From positions 310,001 through 374,000 of the forward strand of contig MU058059.1 in assembly GCA_013265495.1 (NCBI GenBank): 64,000 nt of DNA. The letters run 5' to 3'. The notes beneath the pieces are model-generated. The model was not told the DNA's origin. It did no database searches and saw only the letters and a list, made by a program, of their open reading frames with translations. Below, one piece after another: positions 1 through 14,193 of this stretch. The DNA comes from Vicugna vicugna. Taxonomy: Eukaryota. The position numbers and the translations under genes are program-made. Within the stretch, counting starts at the first letter, position 1, and the number at the start of each line of letters is the position of its first letter.

Positions 1-689
1 CCCAAGGAAAACTGGTGATTCAATACAACGATAATGTCGCCCAGTTCAAGGGCTGTAAGTTTTCAGTTTGCTCTTATTCACCCAGCCAATTTAATTTCCA
101 AATCACAAACTCTTCCACCCTCCCTTCTGGGAAAAGTAATTTCCTGTGAAAGATTTCTTTACATTTTAAACTTTGATTGATAGACTCACTATAACAAATG
201 GAAAACATTTTATATAATCCAGTCCTTCCGTTTTATAAATTATCAAAAGTTGCACTTCTTTGAAACACATTTTAGCAAATATATATTCCTTTTGAGGAAT
301 TATGATAAGTGAATGATTTTACTGCTGCTCTGATAACTAATGAGTACATAAGAGGGAGACACAGTCTCAGCCTCTACTCTCACTATGCTTCCTATTTGTG
401 ATTTGAATACACCTTGACATGGTTTGTCTCCTTTCTTACTGATTAAAAAAAATGAATCTAAAAGAAGAGTTAGGACGTTTACTGAAGAATTAACAGAAAA
501 GCACGTTATCCTAGGACTTATTCTTTAAAGTCTTCTTTTTCGGGGGGGTGGGGTGGTAATGAGATGAAAAAGAACATTTCAGAGCCTATTTGACCTCTTT
601 TGCCAACGATATCCTGGCTTCTGCCCAGGTCAATGTTGTTCCCTTTCCTGAGCTCACCGAGGGCATCTTTGTCCCTCTTTTCTAACACT

Positions 690-848
690 CATTTTACTCA
701 AGCCTATTTTCCAGTTCAATGGAAGCACATCTTCTTCTGCTATTTGATGAAGTGCTCCTTGAAATCAGAGGACACAGCACAATCATCCTGCACCCTCACA
801 GTGTCCAAAACACGGTGGGCATCCATTAAATAAGTGTTACATTGAGTT
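690..848 (+). mobile_element. L2 LINE 3' fragment (degraded)
   Basis: gtgctccttgaaatcagagga...cacagtgtccaaaacacggtgggcatccattaaataagtgtt resembles the L2 3' end. Confidence 0.5.
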
Positions 849-2099
849 TTTAAAACATCTTTTGTTTTAACAATTCAAAATCAAATACAGTTTAATGAAG
901 AAATCCACAAAAGTATTGTAAGGAAAAAAAAGTTGACCTACAAGGTGGGTGAAAGTGTTATCCTTATTTACAGACGTGTAAATTGAGGCTTAGGGATGGT
1001 AAGTGACCCAAGGATGTGGCTCCAGTGTCATATCCTCAACCACCACGTGATACTGTAAGAGGCTGTAAGCGTTGCTTGCTGATGGGTATTCTGAACCATC
1101 TAAGGTTGAAAATGTGTGACAGCCAATTAGGAGAGATACTGTATTTTCTCATGCATTTACTGACTCATTTAACATATGTTTAATATCTCCCTGCCAAATA
1201 TTAGGAATTGTATATGTTTGACAACCTCTAACTGTTTAAAAAACAGAAGCAGAGGGAAAATTCAGTTGGATCCAAGGTTGGGATCAGGACACATCCAGCC
1301 CAGTGACTATGGGGCGAAGGAACTGAAGGCATTGATGCAAATCTTGATGAAATGATTGGCTGGTCAGGTAGGAAATGCAATTACCCAGGAGAGACTAAGA
1401 ATCCAGAAAAACTAGAATCTGAGTGATGAGTTGGAGGAGGTCTCAGTTAAATTTTAGAGGAACAATAAGAATAAAGGAGAGAACTGATATAAGAATGGCT
1501 TACTGTCAATTAAAAACTTCACACATGGAGTTGTCTGCGTAATGGCAGGTTCAAAGCACACCAGTCGGAGCAAATTGCTTACATGAGGTGAGAATGAAGG
1601 GAACGTTAACTGCAAAACTATCACTGATGATAGTCACCCATTAGGGGAGGAAATGAGCCTGGTGCATTTCCCTCCATCCTCAAATGTGAGGAAGTAACCC
1701 GGAGGCCAGGGGTAACATCGTGATACTAACATGAAATTAATAGCATGTGGCCCACGTACAAATTGTTCATGTTTGTAGGTGAAAAAGCAATTATCCCAGT
1801 TATGGAACGATCATCCATGAAATGATCTAAGCCTTTTTTGAAACTGCTGGTATTTTATTACTAGCATTATTTGCAATAATGTGTGAAATAATTTTTTTTA
1901 GTTAGTTTATTTTTTGCCTGTACTATCTAAAGTAACGCTTCCTCTTACTTGTCTGAACACACAATCTATTTTCAGTACTTTGATAAACAAAGGGCAGATC
2001 CAAGTACAGACTCTCGGCATGGTCTACTGTTTTCTACATGTCTGTAATACTTTTTCTCTGCCTTCCACATCCCTGAACAGAGTATGTGATGTTTCCTGT

Positions 2100-2370
2100 T
2101 TAGTGTTATCAGTAAGAGCATGGATTTTAGGACCAGATTTCCTGGGTGCACATCTTGGACCAGCCATTTACTAGTTGTCTGACTTGGGTGTGTCACTTAA
2201 ATTCTCTGATCTTTGGTAACATTACCTGTAAAATGGGCATAAAGTGCTATCACTCGCTCCATAGGATTTTGTGAGGATTCAGTCTGTAAATACGTGCAAA
2301 GGAACTCCCACACAGACTGAACTGGCGCGCAGTAAGAACTGAAGCAGTGTTGGATATACTTACAATTATT
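2100..2370 (+). mobile_element. MIR SINE
   Basis: agagcatggattttaggaccaga...atttactagttgtctgacttggg...cacttaaattctctg...ctgtaaaatgggcataa: MIR head and core. Confidence 0.8.
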
Positions 2371-5179
2371 TTTAACAGAGGTGCCATAATTCCTCTAGTT
2401 TCTTAGCTTTCCATTCTCTGGATTTTCATCAAGTCCATTAGGTCTCTTAAAGGAACAGTGTGCAAACTGCACATAACATGCATGTTGGCGAAGCTTGGCA
2501 TGGCAGAAGAACTTCGCAGGATTCCCACTTCTGCTTTCCTATCTCTCCCTAATGAGGATCACACGATACAGCAATCCACTGGGCTGATGTTTTCAAAGGC
2601 CAGTTCAAAATGACTCCGGGTCCCAAGCTGCATTTTGTAGCTCAGACCCTCTAAGGTTTATAAATCATTGTGGCATGTTATTTCCCGTAAACGAATTATC
2701 TTAACACTTTAATGCAATGTTGTTTATCTTCCACGTTGAGCCGTTTTCATTGATACTTATCCTAGAGGAGACGACATCTGTGATATAGAAGTGAATAACA
2801 CCGTCTGCACAGTTGTCTGGTCTAGCTGATTTGCAAAACTGGAAGACTTAGGTCCCTCCCAGTCTTTAGAATACTGAATAATAACTGTTTGCACATAACT
2901 CCTTTATTCTCTTCCCTTCACTTTTACTTAGTCAACACTTAATGAGAAGTTCTAAGAAATGTGCTTAGTGGTCCACGTGAGCATGAGAAGCCAATGCATA
3001 AGGAGTTTTCCTTTCTGGAAAACTCAGTAAACCATGTCTACTGCTCCTCCTGGTTGAGGCATATTTGCTCCCACGTGGGACAAGTCAAGACCATGCAACT
3101 CCACTCTAGTTCCCAGAGGACAAGGTCAATCAACGGCTATGGAGTGGCTCAGGCGTAGGATAAAGGAAGCCCTAATGAGAGAAATGCTGAGGGTGACTTT
3201 GTTACTAGTCCTGAACTCACCAATTACCAAATAAATCCATGATCCTCCCCCATTTGTAATCCAGTGTGGTTGCTGCACTGGAAACTCTTTCAGTCCATAC
3301 GAGAATTAACAGTTTGCTCTAGCGTCTCCCTTGAAACCGACTTCGCCAGTGTAGCCTAGTGGCAAGCTGGGCAGGCTCTCGCCTGGTTCTCACATTCTCT
3401 AGCTCCGTGTCCCTAGGAAACTGCTTCCTCTCTTTGCTTCAAATGATTATACACTCTGCTTGGCTGATCTGTATAAAGATACATAAAATTCCAAATGCAA
3501 AGCATCGTAATGGCCACTTTGGACTTTGTCTTTGGACTTCTGACTAGCAGCTCGGTATCTCTTCCAGGTATGAGTGAGGAATCAGGGTTTCTTTCCTTTA
3601 TTCTTCCATATTCTGAAACGTATACTGCAGTGGTGAGTTCCAATTCAACGTAATATTTTTTTTTTTACGTTTGGAAGCACGGGAAGTAGACTAGAGGAGG
3701 AGCGCTGATCCTCAGAACTGTTATCTGAGGAATGAACATGATAATTGTTGCAAGACTCGTTGCAGAATTACGTTATACAATATAGGTGGACTATCGAGCA
3801 TATGTTATGTGCTGTTAAATTATAATCTCCATATAATATCAAGGTGTTGCTTTTTACTTAAGTTTTAGGGGGTGTGTGGAATGTCTAGGGTCTGGCACAG
3901 ACATACCTCACTTACATTTTTCCATCCTTACTTTCTTCCTCTGTGGAGCTGAGGCCCTGGACAAGTGGTCTCTAGGTAAGTAGACAGACAACTCTGCTAT
4001 TGTGCTGATGATATGGAGTCATTGTGCCTGGTATCTGCGCTCATCTGCAGAGTTCCTGTCTCAGGACAAAAGCAGCATCTCTTAAAGCAGATCAGTAATC
4101 ATCCTTGGAAACTCGATAGGCTCCTCCTATTTACTACTGGTCCCACCAGCGGTCCTCAACAGATGGTAAAATATTGTTATTAAATGCTCTGCAAAAAAAC
4201 CATGCACAAAGCATAGTTAAGGATTAATTCTTAAGTGTTCATGTATGTGTTAAGATGTGTGTTAAAATATAAGTAAAGAGGCGAGGGTATGGCTATGTAC
4301 ATAAATGTCTGAAATGAAAGAAGCATGAGCATCAAATATTAAGTGTTTTTTGGGGGGTGGTAGTCTTAGGAGGAAGTTTAATTTTGTTATTTGTACCTCT
4401 ACTGATTTGATTTTTACACGGTGCAAGAATTATCTTTATGATACAGAAATTAAATAATGGACATTGTTTGATGGGTGGACACAAATTCCCTGACTTCGTG
4501 TTTTTGTGAAAAGACTTCTGCTAGAAGAATAACCTCTGGTCTTTTGAAGCACGTCTCCCCATGGCAAAAGGGATGACATGTTAGCAGGTGATGTGTGGGA
4601 AGGAAAGGAGCATGCTCAGATTGGCATCTGCCCCTTCTTCCTTCTTTCTTAGGGTTTGTGTGCCAAAGAAAAGGCCACGTTCTGGTCTGCATGCTGCCAT
4701 TTGGTCCAGGGCTTCCCTGGTGGACCAGGGGGTCACAGCTGCGCCAGTGCCCATGTGTGGGTCAGTCTCATTAAGAGGGGAAGTCTGGCAAGCCCGCTGG
4801 CTGCAGCTCTAACACCTCATTCTCCAGTCAGCTTTACTGTGACTTAAAGAGGGGCCACTGTCACCTCTGATCTCTCTTTATGTGTGTGCTTATGTGTATA
4901 CGTTTATACATGTGTGTGCATGTACGTGTGTGTGTGTGCACATGTGCTCGAAGCCCAGGGGAGTAACAAGGAGGTCATTTATTACTGCTTCCCCCTGACT
5001 GAGAGAGCTTTCCTCTCTTGCCGTTGTTTGCCTAATATTCATTCATCTTCTCATCAGTACCCCATTCCCCTTTGGAGAATTTCTCCACCTCCGATGGGTC
5101 TAGTCTTGGGGAGATGGGAAGTTCTGGGAGGCAGAAGTGTCCCTGGAGCCCTCCTGTTAGGAATCAGAATGGAGCAGAG

Positions 5180-5425
5180 AAACTGAGGACAGACGGCATG
5201 GCTAGAGTTAACGCCTTGATTCTGGGAGAGTTGGGTGCTGGGGGCTTCAGTCACACTGTCCCTGCCACCAAGACCCCTGGAGCGTCCAGGTTCCTGCCTC
5301 TTCCTGCACTGGCTCTGTGTCTCCTCTGCAGACTTGTTAGTTCCCCCCAAGATCCCTCTAATGAATTCCTGCTGTGCTTCTGTAAGAGCTACTTTCTGCT
5401 TACAGCAAGACACTCTTACAGACAC
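5180..5425 (+). mobile_element. Old MaLR/ERVL LTR 3' part (MLT1-like)
   Basis: Ends ccctctaatgaattcctgctgtgctt...tttctgcttacagcaagacactcttacagaca, typical of an MLT1 3' end. Confidence 0.45.
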
Positions 5426-6409
5426 CACTTTGAGAGGAAAAAAGGATGCAGTTGTTGCCTGAGTTATGAAAAAATGAAATTCAGTATGTACGAATGGCTC
5501 CAGTGACAACATAAATGATTAAACTTGAAGTTATGGGAGCACGAATCACCGTATAATTACTTCCTATCGCTGATCGAGACTAGCGCCAAATGAGTTACAA
5601 TGAATTGTAAAGCTGTAAGGAAAATATTATGATGCAATATTATTCGTACATACGCAAACTGAAAAACTCATTACAATTCCTTCCCTGCAAAACAATCTGT
5701 AGAGGACAAATACCACTTAAAGTACTTCAGGTATGTAACACCTCTACTGCTAGAAGGTAGATTTTCTCTTGGTCTGTTTCATCATTTGTAAAAGAGAATG
5801 TCACCTTCCTCAAAGTATCATGAATTAAATGAGATTATATCTATAAAAGTTCTTAATAGACCCTCCATAAATCATGACCTAAATCTAAATAGCAATTCTA
5901 ACTATTTTCTATTCATAACCAAAGATTAAGTTTATGCCTTTAAGCAGAAAAAAAGGGGGTTGACATCTGAAGTTACCGGGATCATAAAAAAGAATAAAAC
6001 TAGCTTTTTAATTTAAGTCAATTTGACAAATTCCAGACAACATTTTGATGGATTGTGTTTTCTTTTAATTAAACAGAAGCAGAAAAGCCTTCTCAGCACT
6101 GAAAAAACAATTTGTTTTTCAACTGCTCAAATATACAGTAGAAGTTTGAGAAATCACATTCACTCCCTCTTCATTTTTGGCATGCTTCCCTCAAAAATCA
6201 TAGTCAGTAACTAATGGGAAGGTTTATTTAGTGAAAAAAAAAAGGACATGATGATACAAGATAATGATGAATTATACATTATAGTAGCGCCATTAATTCT
6301 AATCAAAATACGTAACTGCCCTTTTGGGCTAGTGAAAGCAAATGTGCTGGCAGTGGAGGCTGTTTAATGTTTTCAGATCATCAGAAATGGGTAACCTTTG
6401 GATAAAGAT

Positions 6410-7490
6410 CTCTCTGTGAGTCATCCATGGACCACCTGCATCCAAATTATTTGCAGTAACTTTTTAAAAATTGAAATACAGTTGATTTATGTTTTAGGTG
6501 TACAGCAAAGTCATTCAGTTATGCATGTATACCTACATATTCTTTTTCAGATTCTCTGCCATTTTAGGTTATTATAAGAAATTGAATATAGTTCCCTGTG
6601 CTATATAGTAGGTCCTTGTCATTTACCTATTTTATACATAATAGTGTGTATCTGTTAGTCTCAAATTCCTAATTTATCCCTCACCCCCCTTTCCCTTTTG
6701 GTAGCCATAAGTTTGTTTTCTATGTCTGTGAGTATTTCTGTCTTATAAATAGTTCATTTATATCATTTTTTTAAGATTCCAAATATAAGTGATATGATAC
6801 GGTATTTATCTCTGGCTGACTTACTTCACTTAGTATGATAATCTCTAGGTCCATCTGTGGTGCTGCAAATGGCATTATTTCATTCTTTTTTATGGCTGAG
6901 TAGTAGTCCACTGTGTGTGTGTATCATCTTCTTTACTCAGTCATCTGTTGATGGACACTTATGTTGTTTCCATGTGTTGGTTGTTGTAAATAGTGTTGCT
7001 ATGAACATTGGGGTGCTCATATCTTTTCAAATTAGAGTTTTCATCTTTTCTATATATATGTCCAGGAGTGGGATTGCTGGATCATATGGTAACTCTATTT
7101 TTAGTTTTTGAAGGAACTTCCATACTGTCTTCCATAGTGGCTACAACAATTTACATTCCCATCAACAGTGTAGGAAGGTTCCCTTTTCTCCACATCCTCT
7201 CCAGCATTTACTATTTGTTTATTTTTTTTAATGATGGCCATTCTGACTAGTGTGAGGTGATACCTCATTGTAGTTCTGATTTGCATTTCTCAAATAATTA
7301 GTGATGTTGAGCACATTTTCAGGTGCCTGTTGGCCACCTTGGAGTAACTTTTTAACAGAGTAGATATCTGAAATGTCCTCCACCCCTCTGATTTACTAAA
7401 TTACAATTTCTTGAGGAGTAGAAAACAGGAATGAACATTGATAATAAATGATTCATGTATTTTCACGAACATCGAAATTCCATAACTATA
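6410..7490. mobile_element. MER5-like hAT-Charlie relic, split by the L1 at 6466-7338
   Basis: ggaccacctgcatccaaattatttg left of the L1 continues as cctccacccctctgatttactaaattacaatttcttgagg...caggaat on the right. Confidence 0.5.
6466..7338 (-). mobile_element. 5'-truncated L1 (ORF2 C-terminus + 3'UTR)
   Basis: Minus-strand peptide [21 protein letters not shown] (L1 ORF2 end); flanked by TSD ttg(c/g)agtaacttttt at 6451-6465 and 7339-7353. Confidence 0.95.
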
Positions 7491-9769
7491 GTATAGGTCG
7501 GGTGGGATAGACTCTACCACTGAGAAGACACAAAGCAAAGTAGGGCGACGATGTGATACTGGGAGAGTTGCACACGGAATAGCTCTGGGGGGGGGGTACT
7601 GCTGACATTACAGCCACAGTACAGCAGCTCTGGCTGCAAGACTTAATTCATAAGTAATAACTGCCAAGGAGTGGTGACCAAAACAGCAACTGAGAGAGTC
7701 CATACCAAATGCACTTTCCAAAACCTCAGTTATCAATGTCATTCATTATGAAATGTAGGAATGGTTGTATTTTGATCCTTTGTACCCTCTATGTATTCAG
7801 TAAATTATTGACATAATTTGGAAAGTTCAACTTGTTTTATCATTTATTTGATGGAGTCTCAGTTAAAACAAGAAGCTACAGAAGAAAAATTACTTTGTTA
7901 GAAAATTCTGACCACTAAAGTATTGGTTAAGCAATTTTACCTACTGGGAATTATTGGTCTTTAGTCTGTAGTTACTTAGAAGATCCCTGAAGACAAAAAA
8001 ATTTATATTTTAAAAATGCATTTCTTCTTCTGGAAATAGTGCCAAACATGATTTACTTCTTTAAAAAGATAGTCTCAAATTATAAAAATTAGCCAATGGT
8101 AAAGTTAAGTGTGAATCAGGGTCAGTGGCTCCAAGACCTACAATCAGAACTGGAGCCTCTAAACACCTATTTTTCTCAAATCAAATGCTAAGAAATGTGT
8201 CTTGGATTTGAAATCAAACTACACAAGCCTTCTTGGTTATCTGCAAGTTCATGGCTATTTTCAATAATAGAGTCTATATAATATTTCTTTAGCCGGTTAA
8301 AAGGTAAGATTACCACCTTCCTCAGTGCAGGTCATCCAATTTGGTCCAACTTCAAGAATGTGCTGTTCAGCCTGGATATAGTTCAGCAAATCAACACTGA
8401 ATCTGTTAGGACCTCCTTAATATCATTTCCTCACTCACATCTTTTACCCTCTTTTCCATCCTCTGTTTATTTAAATATCTTCTTACTTCTTAGTCCTTTA
8501 AGCATGTCAAATTTGCCCTCCAAAGAGACACTTGCTTTATCTTATAATTTACTTGTGTTAGAAATGCTCAGTTAACCAAACAGTCCTTTACTGAAATGCA
8601 GTACGAGTTTCAGATACAAGTTACTGTTTTTAATAGGCGAGGAAATCCCAGTGAACGATTAACTGTTTTCTTGGCTTCCACAGTATTTATTTATATATAC
8701 TTTTCATTTAAAAAGTATACTTTTTCCCCCTTATAGCCCTGGCAATGTATTTTTATCACATGGTTATTTATGCATTAAAGCCTAGTTGGTATATTTTCTC
8801 AGTGAGAATGAGCACCATGATGCTGAAACTTTATTACACACTATCACCAATAAGCTACTGGATTTAAGTATTACTATATTTAAATATTACTTGATTTAAA
8901 TATACTATTACAGAAACAATAGTTACAATAAAATATTATCTTAGAAAAAATTAAGAACTGAGAGAAAAGGGATTTAGGATCCTCAGAAAATAATACTTCT
9001 AATGATAGTAGTTTCTAGAAAATCAGTATCAGAGTAATAATAAATATCAGACCAATAATCTTTTAATCAGATTTTCTAATGAAAGAAGAACTTGTGTAAA
9101 ACCAGACTGAAAATCTAAAGGAGAAAGGATTAAGCTACACAGTAATTTTCCCTTCTTATATACAGATAAATGTGAAAATGAAACAGTCAGAATTAAGTGT
9201 TCTAACAAGACTCAGAATCAGAGACTTCTGGATAATTCCAGTTATGATCCATAAAAGTAACTTTATCTTTTATGACATACACTGAGTTGCTTAGAGCACT
9301 GTAAATAGTATTTTATCAGATACTGGCAAAATTTTTGGATCTATTTCAAGGCATGCTACACTCCTACTGAAAAGATCAGCAATTGATGGGCCTCTTCTAA
9401 GTCCCACATGGTTTCCAGGCAATCATACAAACTTAATTTCATTTTGCCTCAGTTATGATAGATCCGAAATGTACCATAAGACGCACATGGCCTCTGATCT
9501 CACTGTTGATAGGGCCATCATTCACTATCACTTATTCCCCATTTTAATGGAGATGCTGAGAACTAGAGGGAAAAAAAACCAATGGCCTTTTCACCTCTTT
9601 TCTTGGTTAACTTGAGAAATTCATTTTTGTTCTATTAAAAGCCAAAGCAGTAAGTCACCAGGCCACGGGTCATGTCTTTCAGCACTGTTCAGAACTTCCC
9701 TGTTACTAGCTGTTTCTGCTAGGCTTCCTGCGGCTAGGGCTAAGCGCTGTGTGCCTGAGCACACCTCCG

Positions 9770-9910
9770 GGGACTCTGATGCACAGTGGTTCTTCAAATA
9801 CTGATCACTGATGCCCAATTCAGTGGGTCTGGGGCTAGGCCCCCAAATGTGCACTTCTAACAAGTTTCTATGTTGTGCTGATGCCACTGCCGAGAGGCAC
9901 ACTCTGGCTG
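9770..9910. mobile_element. MER5A-like DNA transposon relic
   Basis: attcagtgggtctggggctaggcccccaaatgtgcacttctaacaagtttc...gctgatgcc. Confidence 0.7.
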
Positions 9911-10073
9911 CAGCATCAGCGAGTGAAACCAGTCTGAGAATTTTCCTAGAGTGGCTTTCATTTGCATTACATTATTATGATGAACTCTTACCATAAATCT
10001 ACAGATACAGTTAGACAAGAATACACCACATCAGCTTAAAATACAACTCTCAGAAATAATGGTTTTATTTCAA

Positions 10074-10825
10074 TCCTGCTACACTGTTGGTGGAAATATA
10101 AACTGGCAAAGCCACTATGGAGAAGAGTATGAAGGTGCCTCAAAAAACTAAAAACAGAACTATCATACAATCCAGCAATTCTACTCCTGGGCAACTATCT
10201 GAAGAAAACGAAAACACTAATGGCATAAGATATGTGCACCCCAATGTTCACAGCAGCACTATTTACAATAGCCAAGACATGGAAACAACATAAATGTCCA
10301 TCAACAGATGACTGGATAAAGAAGAATACACACACACACACACACAAACACAAAATGGAACACTACTCAGCCACTTAGCCATAAAAGAGAAAAAAATAAT
10401 ACTATTTACAGCAACATGGATGGACCAGGAGATCATCATTGTAAGTGAAGTAAGCCAGAAAGAGAGAAAAATACCATATGATATCACTTACATGTGGAAT
10501 CTAAAAAAAGATACAAATGAACTTATTTACAAAACAAACAGATTTACAGATATAGAAAATAAACTTACAGTTACCAGTGGGGTGGAAAGGGACAAATTAG
10601 GAGTTCAGGATTTGCAGACACTAACTACTATATATAAAACAGATAAGGAACAAGTTTCTACTGTATAGCACTGGGAACTCTATTAAAAATCTTGTAGTAA
10701 CCTATAATGAAAAAGAATATAAAAAGGAGTATATATATGTATATGAATGACTGAAACATTATGCTGTACACCAGAAACTGACCCATCATAAACTGATTAT
10801 ACTCCAATAAAAAAAGAAAGAAAAC
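10074..10825 (+). mobile_element. 5'-truncated L1 (ORF2 end + 3'UTR + A tail)
   Basis: acactgttggtggaaatataaactgg...ccagcaattctactcctggg...aagtgaagtaagccag...tgtggaatctaaaa...aataaaaaaagaaagaaaac. Confidence 0.95.
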
Positions 10826-10831
10826 AAAGTC

Positions 10832-11037
10832 AATATAAAATCAATAAATAACAAGAATCTACTGTATAGCACAGGTAACTATATTCAGTATTTTGTAATA
10901 ACCTATAATGAAAAAATATGAAAAGGAATATACACACACACACACACACATATATATAAACTGAAACATTATGCTGTATACCAGAAATTAACACAATATT
11001 ATAAACTGACTTTACTTCAATAAAAAGAAAAAAAATT
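10832..11037 (+). mobile_element. Second short L1 3' end, directly behind the first
   Basis: ctactgtatagcacaggtaactatattcag...ctgactttacttcaataaaaagaaaaaaaa; aaagtca on both sides (possible TSD). Confidence 0.9.
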
Positions 11038-11849
11038 TTAAAGTCAGTCTTGGACACTTAAAAAAATTGCTTATTGAACCACATTACTTAAAATCTTCAT
11101 AAATTTTAATTTCTCCATCTGCAAAATGGACACAATAATATCTCCTTCCTCATAGGAAGTGTCTGTGCCTAGTACAGTGCCTGGCACAGAGTGTTCCTTA
11201 GCTAACAGTGACAGAAGTGACAAGGAGCATCTCTGTGGTCCTCTCTCAGGAATGGGGAGGCAGACTGACACTTGATGGGCACAGAAGACTAGGACACTCT
11301 TGTCCCAGTTTTGCTTCAGAGAACTTCCTGCCAGGTCTTCCCAAACCTTGGCATTCCCAGGGCGCCATGAGAAGAGAATTCCTCCCCGTGACAGGAGATA
11401 TTCTTCATCATCAGTGGGCTCATCAAGAGCTAATTCAAGGTCAGGTCAGAGTACATCATGACATGTTTTAGATCGCACTATGAACCCCACGATAATATAC
11501 ACAAAGCTGAATATCGAACATAACAGTTTCACAGCCATGTGCTATTCCATGATACCCCATGCCCCACGGCGCTTACTTCTCAGTCCACTTACTGGGATGA
11601 TAAATATTATCATTTGGGGATTTCTCCTGCGCACCAGAAAAGTTCACTGTGTTTTGTGAAAAAGAAAACTGGGATATTTCCTTCAGGTGTGCAGCTTTAC
11701 AACAATGGAAACCTGCTTTTCATTTTTTTTCCTTCCTAGATGGGCTACCCTATCCTGTGTCTAAAAGGTAAGCCACATCCAAATGGACTTTAAAAAGGGA
11801 CTTGAGGGCACATGTATTTTGGAATATTTTCTCTCTACATTTCTATTTC

Positions 11850-12125
11850 CAAATTGTTCAGACCTTCAGAAAAGTTAATAGTCATACAATAAACACCTAT
11901 GTGCCCCTCATCTAGTTTCATCAGTTGTTATTTTTTTTGTTCATTCTTGTTACCTTTTTCTATTTTGCTGTGCCATCTGAAGTTATCATGATATTTTAAT
12001 CCTAAATACATCAGCATGCATGTCTTAAGAACTAAGATGTTCTACAGAATCATCTAAACCTTAAATACACCAAAAATGTCACTTTCATACAACAGTATTA
12101 CCTAATACGCAGTCCATTCTATTAG
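11850..12125 (-). mobile_element. Old L1 (L1MC/ME-like) 3'UTR fragment
   Basis: ttcagaaaagttaatagtcatacaataaacacctatgtgcccctcatctag...cctaaatacatcagcatgcatgtcttaagaactaag. Confidence 0.6.
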
Positions 12126-12966
12126 GACCATAATTGGGAATGTATTTGCAAAGGTGAGAGTGCCAACAGCACATCTGGGTAACGAAGTCCTGCTCCCCCC
12201 TCCAAGTCCCCGTAGGAGGGGAAGGTATTTAAGGTGGCCACACTTTAATCAGATTAATGTGCCACTTCTTAAGAATTTAACAAATGACTTTAACTTTCTT
12301 ATATTTAAAAAAAAGTATAGCTTAAACAACATCTCTTTTTCTAGATTTTGAGGTGTTTTTTAGATTTTCATCATCAGCATAACATACTCATCTCTTGAAA
12401 AGAACATAGTAATGCACACAATTTAGCTAACAGAGACTCATGTGCTGCCTATTTTGGAGTCAACCGCTTGAAATGTGACACAGGGATCATACCTGCATGA
12501 GTCACCAAGTTAGTGAGAGGAGAAACGGCAATGACAATAAATCAATATTGTTGGTTATTTCTTTGTTGATTCTGTAGCAAAGGCTGTTCCCCTCCCAAGC
12601 CAAAATATTTAAGTGACTACAGATAAGTCTCTGGATCTGTGTCCCATTGTCTTCAACCACAAAATAGGAAGGATCATATCACTATCAACATCACAAGGAT
12701 ATTTAAGGGGCCAAAGAATGTAGGATGAAACTGCTTTTAGTTCGCAGGCAACAGGGCATAATCCAAACTCCCAGCTATCTGCATTTCAATGACACTTGCT
12801 GTAATCCAGCGTTAACAGAATGGGTCTCCCCCAAGAACACTGATCACGTACGATATTGGCACAACTTTTCTTATAATGTAGCAAATGTCTGGTCATACAT
12901 TTTTGGAACAGTTAATAAAATTTCATAAACGTTCAGCTCTCCTTCATTCTTATAACCATAGTAATG

Positions 12967-13038
12967 TTAAGTTACATGAAATTACCACCTGGTAGGTTTA
13001 AAATGATCTTGCATTAGCAATTTCATATTGTTCAACCT
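12967..13038. mobile_element. MADE2-like mariner MITE (~75 bp)
   Basis: Degenerate terminal inverted repeats ttaagttacatgaaatt...gcaatttcatattgttcaacct around the core gtaggtttaaaatgatc. Confidence 0.7.
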
Positions 13039-14193
13039 GGCAGTTGTGAGAGCTATGGTCTACTAGTCTTTCAAAGACTACTGCTATTACTCAGAACAGC
13101 ATCCTGATATTCAGACTGTACAAGCGCCTGCAGGGGCTTAGGAGAATGCCTGGCACATTCAGGAGGGCCAGGACTCTGGCTACTAATTCTGTCAAGTCCA
13201 AGTACTTCCATATTAATTACTACTGATGCTCCAACACCTTCTGCATATGCCTTCTTCCATCAGTATTACAAATACGTATATTGTGATGAGTACAAATGTG
13301 ACTCGACATCCCCAAAAGACACATGCTCATGTTCAGAAAGCTTAGGTTATAAAGAGATTTTCCAGCACATTTCTTTAATAAAGTAAGGCATTTCATGGGG
13401 AAAAAAGCAGAGCTTGCTGTTTTGGCAGCTTTGTTGCTAAGTTTTTTAAAATGCAGTAAAACAAACATTCCAATCTCTTAAAAGTCTTAATCCTAGCAAA
13501 GCTATTTTTCTTTCTAAGCAATAGGTCTGCACTGCAAAATGAGCAGCTAGTTCCAGACAGCAGCAGGGCAGAGATGACACACAGAGTCCCAGAGCAGTTC
13601 ACTGACCTTACAGCAGGAAATCACGGTGTATCATCAGAATCCGCCTGGGCAGTATCACTTTGCCAAGAAGCATTAGGCTTCCTTTGAAAGTCAGATTTGA
13701 TTTTGCTGCTATTTCTAGAGAGCTGGAGAGCATTTATATCAATGAAATGCAAACATGCTCTTTATTCACCTAACATGATCACACCTCCACACTGAAGAGA
13801 AAGCAAAGAGACTAGGAGCAGGGCTCAGATTCACCATTTTTGTCACATGCCAGGCTCCACTTTAAGTCATCGTTATGGAATGGGGAACCTTTTCATAAAA
13901 ATCCAATGCCTTAAGTACATATTCAAACATTCATACTGAAAACCTGTAATTTTTAGCACTGCTTGCTGATGACAAAGAAACCCTCCCTGTGCAATTCTGT
14001 CTTAGTTATTACTGAAGAGTTCACGAGCGTGAGTTTGTTATTATTGCAGAGAGGGAGGCAGAGCTGGGGGGAGAGAAAGAGAGCACATGCATCTTAGAGC
14101 TGCTTATCTGATATTCCCCAGAAGGAGCAGAGCATGATAAAATTATAAAACAGAATAAAGCATAATTCAGTTTTATGAAGCTAACATAGATAC

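Noticed and set aside
13490..13720. MEF2-like sites gctatttttc and ctatttctag
   Set aside because: Neither matches the full CTA(A/T)4TAR consensus.
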